From Tricharina praecox (Eukaryota): a stretch of 64,000 bases of DNA. Under the pieces are notes generated by a model. It ran no database searches, was not told where the DNA came from, and saw only the letters and a program-made list of their open reading frames with translations. Each line of letters starts with the position of its first letter. Position 1 is the first letter of the stretch. The stretch covers positions 434,001 through 498,000 of the forward strand of contig NW_026250430.1 in assembly GCF_024521635.1 (NCBI RefSeq), given 5' to 3'. The translations under genes and the position numbers were made by a program. Below are positions 31,516 to 43,900 of the stretch, piece after piece.

Positions 31516-33364
31516 ATGTCGGGCTCGCACTCCACCACGATGGCGGAAGAGCGGCTATTCCCGTCGGCCTTGAACCACAAGTCCTCTCTCCAGCGGATCA
31601 TCTCCAAGCCCAGTGACGAAACGGGCGAGCTACGGCTTTCCATCGAGGATGTGCGCGACGAACCGGACACGGTCGAGGCGGTCGGCGCGTTCGAGGTGCC
31701 GAGGGCAAAGAGGCTGTTGCAGGTGGCGTTGGCAGTCGTCTACTGTCTCCTGGCTGCCGGAATCGTCTTCGGATATGCCGCCTTCAAACCGATATTGGTC
31801 CAGGAGGGCGTCTACAGGGATCGCTGCACCGAGGAGGAGCTCGTCGAGGGTGTCAGGGTGTGTTACCAGCAGGAGCTGCGCCTAAATTTCATGTTTACCG
31901 TTGCTGCGGTTGCCACGAACGTTTGTGCGCTGCTGGTGGGCACGATATTGGATCAGTACGGACCGAGGGTGGCTGGTGTCATCGGGAGCGTGCTGTTTGC
32001 CTCCGGGTGCGCCGGGATGGCATTCAGTAAGGAGATTCAGTTTATCGATCGTGAGTGCCCTTCTTCCACTGTGCGATGGCTGTACTGGGGACGGCAGTTA
32101 ACTGGAATGACACACAGCCTATCCCATCTCCTACCTCCTCATGGCTGTCGGCGGACCGTTCATCTTCATCCCCAGTTTCCACCTCGCCAACGCGTTCCCT
32201 CACCGGTCCGGCCTGATCCTCTCGATGCTCACCGGTGCGTTCGACTCCAGCTCGGCAATCTTCCTGCTCTACCGGATGCTCTACGAGAGACTGGGCGGCA
32301 TCTCGCTCAAGGAGTGGTTCCTCGGTTACCTCATCGTTCCCGTCTTCATCCTGCTGGTGCAGCTCTTCGTCATGCCCAATTCGAGCTACAAGACGGCTTC
32401 CGAGTTGGTGGACCAAGTGCACACTACCCAGGACATCGCGAACTGGGAGAGCGATTACCTGCGAGACCACGAGTCGGCGGAGATAGAATCGAGACTTGAA
32501 TCTAGGAATCGCCTGATCACCAAGATCGACCGGGAGCTGGGTGGGCACGACGGCATAAAGCGGAGCAGACTTGTCGAGGAGAAGCGGGAGACGGCGGGTG
32601 TCTGGGGTGTCATGCACGGAAAGAGTGTCACCACCCAGCTCGGCAGCTTCTGGTTCTGGGGCATTGCCGGGTTTACTATCATCCAGATGGTCTGCTATTC
32701 TTTTTCCCCCGTATCGTGGGGGCAGTAATGGCTGACATGACATCGGCAGACGCGTATCAACTACTTCGTCGCCACCATCCGACCTCAATACGAGTTTCTC
32801 CTGCACTCCTACCCCGAATCGGTCAAGATCAACACATTCTTCGACATTGCCCTCCCGCTGGGCGGCCTCTTCGCAATCCCCTTCATCGGCATGGTGCTAG
32901 ACTCGCTGTCAACGCTGACGGTCCTGACGGTGCTCGTGTGCATAGCCAGCACGATCGGCGTGCTCGGCCTGGTCGAAAACAGCACGCTCACCGCATACGC
33001 CAACATCCTGCTGTTCGTCGCGTACCGTCCCTTCTACTATACGGTGGTGTCCGACTACTGCGCCAAAGTCTTCGGCATCGCAACCTTCGGCAAGGTCTAC
33101 GGCACCGTCATCTGTCTCGCGGGACTGTTCAACTTCTCGCAGGCAGGATTGGACGCGATCACGTACGTCCTCTGCGATGGCGATCCGCGCCCCGCGAACC
33201 TGGTACTGCTGCTCGCCGCGGTCGTCGTCGGTATCGCCCTCCTCCTGTTTGTACGCTCCAAAGGAAGAGAGGCCAGGAGACAGCTGCTCGGTGAGGAGGC
33301 GAGGATGGCGAGAGAGGAGAATCAGTCCATGTGGTTGGAGGGCGCTAGATACGGTACTATGTAG
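31516..33364 (+). CDS. FMP42: MFS transporter, FMP42/SLC43-like (exons 31516-32050, 32118-32689, 32750-33364)
   Basis: Multi-TM protein with motifs YCLLAAGIVFGYAAFKPIL, GTILDQYGPR, LTGAFDSSS, QMTRINYFVATIRPQY and FGIATFGKVYG; two GT-AG introns join the three frames. Confidence 0.9.
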
Positions 33365-33979
33365 GGATGCGAGGCCGGAGAGACAAGGAGGAGGTGGGAA
33401 TATTGCATGCATGTTGCGGGCGTTGTCACTGGTGTTTATCTGTTGTGTTGTGTTAGCGTGCGGGGTTTTTACGTCTAAAAGAGTGCTTGATTTTTTCTGC
33501 TGTATTTACGATGTTGCAGTTTCGATTGTGGATCTGCGGATGGTGGGGGGGGGGGGGATAATGGATCGCTGGTGGCGATCGTAGAAATCTCACGGTTCAC
33601 CAGCGGCAGAGATGAAGCGCCGACCCACTGCTCCCCACCAAGTAGCGAGGTCCCGCCCGGTTCGACGCCAATCAGGAAGCGAGAATCATGATCTAATACC
33701 TACCTACTACAGCAGCTCTTAGAATAGCCCAAAGCCAATGAGTGATATCACGTGCGGGAGTGTATGCAAACAAGCAAAAATCCGCCCCCTGCCCCCCTCT
33801 CCCCTCCGGAGGACCAACTACGGCCTGCCAAGCTTCTTCACCACCCGTGGAGCCGAGTGCGCCTGGCCTCGCTAAATAGCACTGCAACACACAGAGCTCG
33901 ATGAACTACCCAGGTAGAGTACCTAACTGACACCGGAGGCGCGGCATCACCGATCACTCGCTCGCCTGCTGGTGGGGCT

Positions 33980-34134
33980 TGTTGGAAATATAGAGTAAGA
34001 TTTGGTAAGATGTGGTGGTGAACAGTGTAGTATTGAAGTGTAAAGGCTGTAGCCTCGTGAGAACAGAAGATATAGGAATAGGGGTAAAGGCCCGTGCCTT
34101 CTACCATGACTAATTTAGACAGGTATTTGCAACA
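33980..34134 (-). mobile_element. Solo LTR (155 bp), copy 2
   Basis: TGTTGGAAATA...TATTTGCAACA inverted termini; flanks GGGCT/GGGCG; the homologous unit near 17880 shows the empty site. Confidence 0.8.
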
Positions 34135-34247
34135 GGGCGGGGCGGTCAAGGCAGGCATAGGTAGATGGTGAAGCGCACCGAGCAGCACGCAGCATTTAAC
34201 GACTGGCCGTGTTGTTGCTGCACTTTCCAAGCTCGGTGATGGGTATA

Positions 34248-34829
34248 TGGTGCCTGCAATTTTGAAGGGCCTCTTTTTGCGGTTAATTATACAAGCCAGC
34301 TAGCAGCCGGCAGCAGCTATGAGTGACGGAAAGTGGAAAAGGCACAGGTTCTGTACCTCCCCCAACCATTAGATTCCTGGTCTGATGCTGGCGTGAATAT
34401 CTTTTGCAAGATGAAACATCGGGTTTTGTATGGAAATCATCATCGTTTACACTAAACCCCCACGTGATAACAGCTGATTTTCACTCTAAAGTAATTGTAG
34501 TGGTTACATGTACTCGATTGGAGAAAAGCTCGGAGAGATTTTCGGACCCGGAATTCAGCTCGTCAACTACCATCCGAAATACGGGCCACCACCCAGACTC
34601 CACCACCAAATAGCCTGTCCCAGGATATGCATGACCAACCACCGGCAGTGATTGATTCTCGTAGTGGGAAGGAACTGGTGTATACCAGTCATCGCCGGGT
34701 GGTGAAGTTGCATGTTTGAGAGTTGTCAGGTGATCTTTTTTATTCTTTTTGGTGGGGTCGGCTGTTGCCATGTAAGTTATCCGAGTGCAAAGCTAAAACC
34801 CACTGTGCCGTTATAGACTGCAGGCACCA
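34248..34829. mobile_element. MITE-like insertion with 11-bp TIRs, flanked by TA
   Basis: TA-TGGTGCCTGCA...TGCAGGCACCA-TA; splits the unit motif GGTGATGCGTA...GCA(A)TTGAAGCG, which is contiguous in other copies. Confidence 0.6.
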
Positions 34830-35138
34830 TAGAAAATGAGCAATTTAAAGCGGATGTTCCATAGAATGGCCTCACCGCATCCAGCGGATATAAAGTCCTT
34901 GAAATTTACACCATCATCCTCACCAACACCTCAACACCTCAACATCTCGCCAACACCTCACAAAAAACACACACGATCTTCTGAACAAAGCTAAGCACTC
35001 TTCATCTCCGAGACCAATACTCTAAACACACACCGGCTCTCAACACTGCCATTTCGAACAAACTTCAAACTGCCTCCCCACAAAGGCGTTTCCTATCCTT
35101 TTTCCAACACACTCAGTATTCATATCACGATCACAATC

Positions 35139-35354
35139 ATGAATTCCAGCTCATCCAGGCCTGCAGTAGTGTGATACAAGTGGGCGTGCGCATCCTGCGG
35201 TAACAAGAATAGCATGTATACGCAGACATGCCAGAACTCTCGCTGCCAAAATTTTTGTCTCAACAGCGAGTTTATGCTGCATCGGGCGGCTGCTACCGAG
35301 GCGGATAGGCGGACTATTATCGAGGCGGAGGAGAGGGCGCGTGGGCGAAGGTAG
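35139..35354 (+). pseudogene. Family B copy 3 (Gly2 lost, in-frame TGA)
   Basis: MNSSSSRPAVV*YKWACASCGNKNSMYTQTCQNSRCQNFCLNSEFMLHRAAATEADRRTIIEAEERARGRR; TGA at 35172-35174. Confidence 0.8.
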
Positions 35355-36062
35355 TTACATAGTTGTAAGCGATAGTTATGGATGACCAGTGATCCGAATA
35401 CGCGGGAGGTCTGCGGTGGTTTCCTTTTTTTCTTTTTCGTCTTCTCCGGGTGCGATGTTTGCATTTCTTTTTTTCCGACTGGCTTGTGGGCGGTTCTGGT
35501 CGCGCTACGGCGCTTCACTCTGTCTGAGGGGCTTCGGGGTATTATCATTTGCTTTTTTCTTTCTTGCGCACGCTGGAAGGTGCATCTAGACGGTATCTGC
35601 TGTTTTCTCTGATCCAGCACTCATTTCTTTTCTTTCCAGGCGGCGGTGCGTACATACGTGTAGCATAGCTTCTCAGAGTGAACCCAATACCATACTATAA
35701 CCCGTAGATACGAATCGCTATTATAGTAGCGATCATACCTAAGTATCCGTCAAGCCGCAACGATTCAGCTCTACGTCCGACCTCCGCCAATCCGGACCGA
35801 GTGACATCATGTGCAGGAGTGTACCTATGCAGACATATACCCCCTACAGGCCCGGACTACGGCCTGTCGAGCTACAATTCCTACCGAGTGCTGTGGCCTC
35901 GCTAAATAATTAGCGCGGCAACACGCGAAGCGTCTCGACGAATTAGGTAGGTACCTATTTAACTGATACCGGGGGACCCGTAGCATTCGACGACCGGCGG
36001 TGTTGTTGCTAGCGCTGCGCGTTTAAAGCTTGTGATGCTTATGACAGTTCACGATCGTGACA

Positions 36063-36224
36063 ATGGGTAGCGGATCATCCAAGCCTGCGGTTGCAGTGTA
36101 CAAGTGGAAGTGCACAGCCTGCCAGTTCAAGAACTCCATGAGTACGCAGAGGTGCAAAATGATCATATGCCTACAACTCTGTCCCGATAGCGAGTTTATG
36201 TTGCATCGGATGGCTGCTATCTAG
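36063..36224 (+). pseudogene. Family B copy 4 (truncated, promoter deleted), 53 aa
   Basis: MGSGSSKPAVAVYKWKCTACQFKNSMSTQRCKMIICLQLCPDSEFMLHRMAAI*LESKARGR; TAG sits where other copies have GAG; the TATA/leader block is missing upstream. Confidence 0.7.
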
Positions 36225-37064
36225 CTGGAGAGCAAAGCGCGTGGGCGTTGAAGGTAGTTAGTTGTGCGCGCTAGTTCGGGATGACCATTGACCCGGATAT
36301 GTAGGCGGGAGGTCTGGTTTCCTTTTCCCCTTCTTCTTGGGTACTTTTTTTGCATTTCTTTTTTTTGGACCGGCTTGCGGGTTGTTCTGGTCGCCCTGCT
36401 CTGCGCCGCTTCACTCATTGTCTAAGGGTCTGTTGCTTTTTTTTTGTTGCGCACGCTAAAGCTGGGTGCTTTTGGATTCTGAACGGTATGCGTCTCTGCT
36501 GTTTTCTCAAATCGAGCCCGCATTTTCTTTTTTTCCAGTCGGCGGTGCGTACATGCGTGGAACATAGCTTCTCCGAGTGAGCCCAATACCAACCCAGACA
36601 TACATAACGCGTGTGTACGGATCGCTAGTGGCGATCATATCTAAGCATCTCTCCAGCGGCAACTATCCAGTTCCGCGGCCGGCATCAGAATATACCGGAA
36701 TGAGTGACATGACGTGCAAGAGTGTATGCAGACATTTACCCCCCGCCAGAGGCCCGGACGGCAGCCAGCGGCCTGCCAAGCCATAAGCCCACGGAAGTAA
36801 GTGATGTGCCCTCGCCATAGAGTAGTGGTATTGGAACCGGCGGAGGTCGAGGAACTAGGTACCCAACGTATAGGCAGTCTGATACCTGAGGTGCGGCACT
36901 GGGGATCACTCGGCTGCTGACTGCTGGCAGGGCGGTGAGGGGATGAATGGCCACTCGAAGCACACCAAGCAGCGCGTAGGAGCATTCAACGACCGGCCGT
37001 GTCGCTGCTGCGCTTTCAAAGCTCGTTGATGCATATGGCATTTGAAGCGTACGTTAGGTTCAAT

Positions 37065-37092
37065 TGGCCTCAGCGGATCCCATAGATATAAA
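37065..37092 (+). promoter_or_regulatory. Family B core promoter, GGCCTCA(C/G)CG(C/G)ATCC-N4-GATATAAA (representative copy)
   Basis: TATAAA at 34889, 37087, 38765, 40400, 43482 and 45140, TTTAAA at 42073, and on minus at 18685 and 24368; about 140-250 bp before each ATG. Confidence 0.7.
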
Positions 37093-37302
37093 CCTCACTA
37101 ATGGCACGGCCATGACATTTCCTTTCATCATCCTCACCAATCACAAACACATACCTCAACACCTCACTGAAAACACACAATCTGAACAGAATTTCTTCAC
37201 GTCCGAGACAAACACACGACTCTCAACACCACCACCTCGAACAAACTTCCTCCTCGCACCTTTTCAAGACTTTTCCCACACAAAACACGAAACACGATCA
37301 CA

Positions 37303-37485
37303 ATGGGTGGCGCATCATCCAAGCCGATAGCGTACAAGTGGAAGTGTACTTCCTGCGGGAATAAAAACAGCATGAGTACGCAGACGTGCGAGAACACGCG
37401 GTGCGGAAAACGCTGCCCCGATAAGCAGTTCGCGGCACATATGGCGGCTGCTAACGAGGCGGAGATGAGGGCGCGCTGGGGCTAG
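37303..37485 (+). CDS. Family B zinc-finger microprotein copy 5, 60 aa
   Basis: MGGASSKPIAYKWKCTSCGNKNSMSTQTCENTRCGKRCPDKQFAAHMAAANEAEMRARWG; CACAATGG start context. Confidence 0.9.
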   Translation: MGGASSKPIAYKWKCTSCGNKNSMSTQTCENTRCGKRCPDKQFAAHMAAANEAEMRARWG

Positions 37486-38967
37486 TTAGGCGCGCCACTA
37501 GAGACCGACCAGGCTGAGGCGGGAGAGGTCTGATTTCATTTTTTCTCTTTCTCGGGGGGCTTTATTTGTTTTTCTTTTCTGACTGACTTGCTTGTTTGCC
37601 GGTTGTTTTGTTCACTCGGCTGCGTTTCATTCATTTTGGTCGCTCTGTCGGGTTTCATTCATTCATCGGCTGAGGGTCTTTGGCTGTTGACCATTATTAT
37701 CTCGTTTTCATATCTTTTGCACGCTGGGGCAGGCTGGAAGGTGTATCTAGACGGTATTTGCTGTTTTCTCTAATCGAGACCTCTTTCTTTCCAGTCGGCA
37801 GTATATACGCGTGGTATAGCCTTGCTGAGTGACTGTGGACTCTACTTCAATACCATACCTACCGCGTAGATAACGCGGATTGTATGGATCACGAGTGGCA
37901 ATCATAGCTATCTCTTCAGCGGCAAAGATCCAGCTCGAGAATCACTACATCCGAACGTTGAGTTCATATAACTATCCTTCATTGCGTTTGCCCACTCCTA
38001 CCCAGTAACAACAGATTCCTCACCCGTTCCAGTACCTGCCAGGCAGTGAGAATTAGGCCACACACATCACATGCGGGAGTGTATGCAGGCGGGCACAAAT
38101 GCCTCCCTCCTTCCCCTTCACGGGCCCGGTCTGCAACCTGTAAGCTGCTGAGCCACGGTATCTGCGTAACCGACCACTGTCGCCACGCTACAGTAGCATT
38201 GCAATTGGTGGAGCTCGACAAACTACCCAGGTACCTAATTGATCATCTACGGTGTGATACCGAAGGTGCGGCATTGGCGATCATTCGCTCGGCTGCAGAT
38301 TTCTGTGTTGGAGATATACGATGGTAGATGGATTGCATAGAGAAGAGAAAAGTACTGCATACAAGATGGGGATATATATGGAGAAGTGTGCAGTAGTGCC
38401 AAGGCAGGCAGGAGCTAGTTTAGGATAGGGTAGGCAGACGCGTGATAACTGATGAATGAACAACATTCTGGTGACTCGCGAGATGGGCAAGGGATCGAGG
38501 AGAAGCAGTAGTAGGTGACAAGGTATGAGTAGGTGGTCTAGAGCGAATGAGTACTCGCAAAACTAAACCGGACCTCCGCACCTTTACAGAAAAATGCCCT
38601 ATCCATTGACAGATAATGCCAACCTGAATGGCCACTCGAAGCGCACCGCGCAGCGCGAAGCTATGAAAGACCGGCCGCGTCAATGCTAGGCTTCCAAGTC
38701 TCGGTGATGCGTATGGCATTTGAAGTGTATGTGAGGTTCAATTGGCCTCGCCGCATCCAACTGATATAAACCCCATTAACAGTGCGCCATGACATTTCTT
38801 TCATCATCCTCACCAATCACAAACTCACACCTCAACACCTTACGAAAAACACAGAATTTGAACAAACTACCAATCTAAACTTCCGAGACACTGAATATAC
38901 GACCCTCAACGCCACCATCTCGAACACAAACCAATCCCACAATTTTCCCACACAAGAAACAATCACA

Positions 38968-39150
38968 ATGGGAGGCGGATCATCCAAGCCGGCAGCGTAC
39001 AAGAGGAAGTGTACATCCTGCCAAAAAAAGAACAGCGTGAGTCCGCAGACGTGCGAGAACACGCGGTGCGGAAAACGCTGCCCAGACAAGCAGTTCACGG
39101 TGCATATGGCGGCTGCCAATGAGGCGGAGATGAGGGCGCGCTGGGGCTAG
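38968..39150 (+). CDS. Family B zinc-finger microprotein copy 6, 60 aa
   Basis: MGGGSSKPAAYKRKCTSCQKKNSVSPQTCENTRCGKRCPDKQFTVHMAAANEAEMRARWG (conserved Trp changed to Arg). Confidence 0.85.
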   Translation: MGGGSSKPAAYKRKCTSCQKKNSVSPQTCENTRCGKRCPDKQFTVHMAAANEAEMRARWG

Positions 39151-40617
39151 TTTGGCGCGCTACAGTAGGAATGACCACTCACCAAGCTGAGGCGAAAGGT
39201 CTGGTTTCATTTTTTCTTTCTCGGGGGCTTTATTTGGATTACTTTTTTTCTGATTGGATTGCGGGTCGTTCTGTTTTGTTAGCTTTGCTGCGCTTTGTTC
39301 ACGGGTTGAGGGTCTTTAGCGTTATTGTTTCCATTTCCTTCCTTTCCCACGCTGTCCAGTGCATCTGGACGGTATTTGCTTTCTTTTCTCCAATCGAACC
39401 CGCATTTTCATTTCCTTCCAGTCGGCGGTGTGTACATGTGACTACTAGTCACTTCGCCGAGTGACCCAAAGATCAATCTATACCTACATAAGGCGTATAC
39501 TGATCGCCGGTGGTGAAACTGGATGATACATGGGTAAGTACCTCTCCAGCGGTGAAGATCCAGCTTGAAATCACTACACCTGGAGAGTAACGTGGAGGTC
39601 TCATAACAATCCTTAGAACTGTCGACTCACGGCTACCCACCTAGGTAGCTCGCCGAGTTCCGCCGGCCGCAGTATGGTCCTATCGATACGTGGGTATATG
39701 TCTGCTACACTCTGGCAACGTGGTGTCACTCAGAACGGGATTGTTTGAGCTGCCGTAGTAGATAATGATTCTCGCAGCCTGGTTAGTGCCGGAACGGATG
39801 GGAGCTTGCCAGGGTAACTGATAGTCTGATACCGGAGGTGCGACATTGGAGATCACTCGGTTGCAGACTGCTTGCGAGGCGGGAGGGATAGTGGAGGAGC
39901 CATTAAAACTGTGTAAGGGAAGCAGCTGTAGGCGAATAGATACAGAAGTATCGGTAGGTTAGTGTCAATGACCACTCGCCGAACCGGGCTGGACCTCCGG
40001 ACCTCGACCGCCTACCAGGACGCCAGCCCGTAGATATATACTTGGTTATTGGTGAGTTGAGGCGAGGTGCCGATAGGTTCCATGGTTGATGTATATATAT
40101 ACCTACTTCGGCTACTGGTTCACTACTTACCGGTCCACATACCTACACACACCACACTAATACGGTCCTCTGTACACCTGCTTTTGGGGCTCAAATTCCA
40201 CCGAACCTCAGTGCCCTGCAGACAGAGTAAGCCAGTTAAACTTGACTGGATTTGTATATATCGGGAGCTTCCTTGGTGAGAAGCCCGCAGCAGCCATTCA
40301 AGGACCGCACGTTTTACTGCTGCACTTTCAAATCTCGGTGATGCGTATAGCAAATTGAAGCGTTTGTTCCGTACAATAGGCCTGGCCGCATCCACCAGAT
40401 ATAAAATCATTAACTTTACACTCATGACATTTACTTTCCTCATCACCAATCACAAACACACACCTCAACACCTCACCTCAACGAACAGTCTTCTGTACAA
40501 AGCTACTTATCTTCACCTCCGAAACACTAAACACACCGACGCTCAACACCACCACCTCGAACAAACTTCTTTCTCCCACTTTTCCAAGACTTTTCCGACA
40601 CACAAAACACGATCACA

Positions 40618-40809
40618 ATGGGTGGCGTATCATCCAAGCCGGCAGCGCACATTTACAAGTGGAAGTGCGCATCCTGTGGAAACAAGAGCAGCATGAGTAC
40701 GAAGACGTGTGAGAACACGCGGTGTGGAAAACGCTGTCCCGATAAGCAGTTCGCTGCGCATGTGGCGGCTGCCAACCAGGCTGCCATCCTGTGGGCATGC
40801 TCGGGATAG
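40618..40809 (+). CDS. Family B zinc-finger microprotein copy 7, 63 aa
   Basis: MGGVSSKPAAHIYKWKCASCGNKSSMSTKTCENTRCGKRCPDKQFAAHVAAANQAAILWACSG. Confidence 0.9.
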   Translation: MGGVSSKPAAHIYKWKCASCGNKSSMSTKTCENTRCGKRCPDKQFAAHVAAANQAAILWACSG

Positions 40810-40997
40810 GTGGTTGGTTATTTACTTAGGCGCGCTGGGGATGATCATTGACCTTGTTTCTTTTCTTCCGCACGCTGGAAGGTGCATCTGGACGGTATTT
40901 ACTTTGTTTTCGTTTCTTTAATCGAGCCCGCATCTTTCTTTCCAGTCGGTGGTGTGCACGCGTGACATAGGTTCGCCGAGTGAGCCCAATGCCATAC

Positions 40998-41442
40998 CAA
41001 TGTTCTACATAGTCCAGTCCGTCCGTCCTGGGCCTCGGACCAGACTGGACTGTATCTTGGCAGATTCACGCCAAACTAAGGCAGAATAGAACGCGATAGA
41101 AAAGTATCACGTGATGGGAAGATTCCACACTAGAATATCACCCCATAGGGAAAAGTTTTTCCAGCCTTTGTTTGGCGTAATCTTGCGATTACTAGAAGAA
41201 AAATATTTTCTTCATTTCTTGGCATTGGACTGTAGTTCCCTCCAGTCCTCGGAATCCATGGACGAGAGTATCAGGTACAAGTGTGACTTACTCTGTTTCT
41301 TCTATCCAAGATATAAATGATTATATTATTCCTCATTGGACGGACTACTTTTCGGCAGTCCATCCGAAGGGCCGGACCGGAACAGATCTTGGCAGACCGT
41401 CCAGCCCGGACTGCAGTCCCGACCGGACTATGTAGAACATTG
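40998..41442. mobile_element. hAT-type MITE, 445 bp
   Basis: 22-bp TIR CAATGTTCTACATAGTCC(A/G)GTC with 1 mismatch; perfect 8-bp TSD TGCCATAC (40990-40997 and 41443-41450); AT-rich core; absent from the other units. Confidence 0.9.
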
Positions 41443-42283
41443 TGCCATACCATACCTACATATCCCGTATACAGATCGTTTGGGACGATCGTAGCTATGT
41501 ATCTCTCCAGCGGCAAGCCTCCAGTCCGAGAATCACCACATCCGAACGTAGAGGTCGCATAAACATCATTAGAAGCACTGACTCACTGCTACCCACTAAC
41601 CAGCGAGTCATTATCCCGCTGATCAGCCTACTAGACTTTGGCCCTACTACTACGTATGGCAGCTCTCCGATTAGCCCTTGGCTGGATGACATCACGTGAG
41701 GCAGTGCATGAAAGCAGGCAGGACGAAATGTACCCTCCCACCCCCTCACAGGTGCGGCATTGGCGATCACTCGGCTGCAGACTGCTGGCGGAGCGGTTAA
41801 GGGGATCGGGATGAGGCAGTGAATGGGGAACGCAAGTACTCTACATAGTTGAGTAGATACTAGGTATGTTGGTAGTCCGGTACAGACCGATGATCTCTTG
41901 CATAACCGCTCGGGACCTGCGCACTTATAAAGCAAAACGCGCTTTTTATTCACAGATAATTCCAACGTGAATGACCAGTCGAAGCGCACTGAGCGGTGCT
42001 TTCAAAGCCCAGTTATGCGTATAGCAATGGAAGTGTATGTTCCGTTCAATAGGCCTTGCCGTATCCAACGGATTTAAACCTATCCAGCGGTGTGCCCATG
42101 CCACTTGCTTTCATCATCCTCACCAATCACACACAAACACACACCTCAACAGCTCAGCTCAGCCACACAATCTTCTGAACAAAGCGATCTTCAACTCCGA
42201 GACCAAAAAACAACTGACTCTCAAAACCACCTCGAACAAACCTCTTCTTCAGACAGTTTTCCCACACACATAAAACACACACA

Positions 42284-42472
42284 ATGGGTGGCGTATCATC
42301 CAAGCCGGCAGCATACATTTACAAGTGGAAGTGCGCATCCTGTGGAAACAAGAGCAGCATGAGTACGAAGACGTGTGAGAACACGCGGTGCGGAAAACGC
42401 TGTTCAGACAAGCAGTTCGCTGCGCATATCGCGGCTGCTAACGAGGCTATGTTGTGGGCGTGCTGGGGATAG
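42284..42472 (+). CDS. Family B zinc-finger microprotein copy 8, 62 aa
   Basis: MGGVSSKPAAYIYKWKCASCGNKSSMSTKTCENTRCGKRCSDKQFAAHIAAANEAMLWACWG. Confidence 0.9.
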   Translation: MGGVSSKPAAYIYKWKCASCGNKSSMSTKTCENTRCGKRCSDKQFAAHIAAANEAMLWACWG

Positions 42473-43696
42473 TTCGTTGGTCAATTACTTAGGCGCGCTG
42501 GGGATGATCATGGACCTTCTTTATTTTCTTCCGCACGCTGGAAGGTGCATTTGGACGGTGTTTACTTTAGTTTTTTTATTTAATCGAGCCCGTATCTTTC
42601 CTTCCAGTCGGCGGTACGCACGTATGACATAGTTCCGCCGAGTGACTGTGAGCCCAATACTAACCCATACCTACGTAAAGTGCACTAGTATAGAACCGCT
42701 GGTGGCGATCACAGGGTAGCTATCTGCAGCGGCAAAGATCCAGCTCGATAAATCACTACAGCTGGACTTTCAGGTAGCACCACTATCCTTCGAAGCGTCG
42801 CGACCCGAGTAATGGCCACCCGCGGAGCTGGGTGCTGTGGCATCACTATAGCGGCACTGCAACAGCCAGAGTTTGACGAACTAAGTACCTACTTACCTAA
42901 CTGCTTGTCTGATACCGGAGGTGCGGCATTAGCGGTCACTCGGCTGCTGGCTGCTTGCGAGGCGGGATGGATGGTGGATGAGCCAATAAAACTGTGAAAC
43001 GGAAGTGGCTGTAGGCGAGTAGATACGGAAGTACTGGTAAGCCAGTGTGAATGACCACTGGCAGAACCGTTCCGCACCTCCGCACCTCCGCTGCCTACCA
43101 GGACTGCAACCCGTGACATTTATGTAGTTACTGGTGAGGTCAGGTGAGGTGTCGGTAGCTTCCATGGCTGATGCATACATACTCTGGCTACTCGTTTGAT
43201 ACTTGCCGTCCAGATACCTACTCACGTCGCACTCATAGGTGAGCTCCTTCGCACACACGCTTTTGGGGCTCCAACCACCGAATCTCATTACCCTGCAGTC
43301 AGAGTAAGCCGATTAAACTTGACTAGTATACGTCGAGGCTTCTGCCGCGGCAAGAAACGCATGGCAGCATTCAAGGACTGCGGCCGTGGTGTTGCTGTTG
43401 CTCTGCTTTAAAAGCTCGGTGACACACGTACAGCAATGGAAGTAGATGTTCCGTTCAATTAGCCTCACCGCATCCCACAGATATAAACTTCACTTGCGGT
43501 GTGCCCATGACATTAGGTTCATCATCCTCACCAATCGCAAACACAGACCTCAACACCTTACTGAAAACACACAACCTTCTGAACCAAGCTACTTATCTTC
43601 ACCCCCGAAACACTGAACACACGAAGCTCAACACCACCACCTCGAACAAAACAAACTTCTTGCCCAGACTTTCCCCACACATAAAACACGATCACA

Positions 43697-43900
43697 ATGG
43701 GTAGCGTATCATCCAAGCCGGCAGCGCACATTTACAAGTGGAAGTGCGCATCCTGCGAAAACAAGAACAGCATGCGTACGAAGACGTGCGAGAACACGGA
43801 GTGCGGAAAAGACTGCCCTGACAAAGAGTTCGCTGCGCATGCGGCGGCATGGCACGAGGCTGCCATCCTGGCTGCCATCCTGTGGGCGTGCTGGGGATAG
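43697..43900 (+). CDS. Family B zinc-finger microprotein copy 9, 67 aa
   Basis: MGSVSSKPAAHIYKWKCASCENKNSMRTKTCENTECGKDCPDKEFAAHAAAWHEAAILAAILWACWG; 12-bp in-frame duplication (AAIL). Confidence 0.9.
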   Translation: MGSVSSKPAAHIYKWKCASCENKNSMRTKTCENTECGKDCPDKEFAAHAAAWHEAAILAAILWACWG

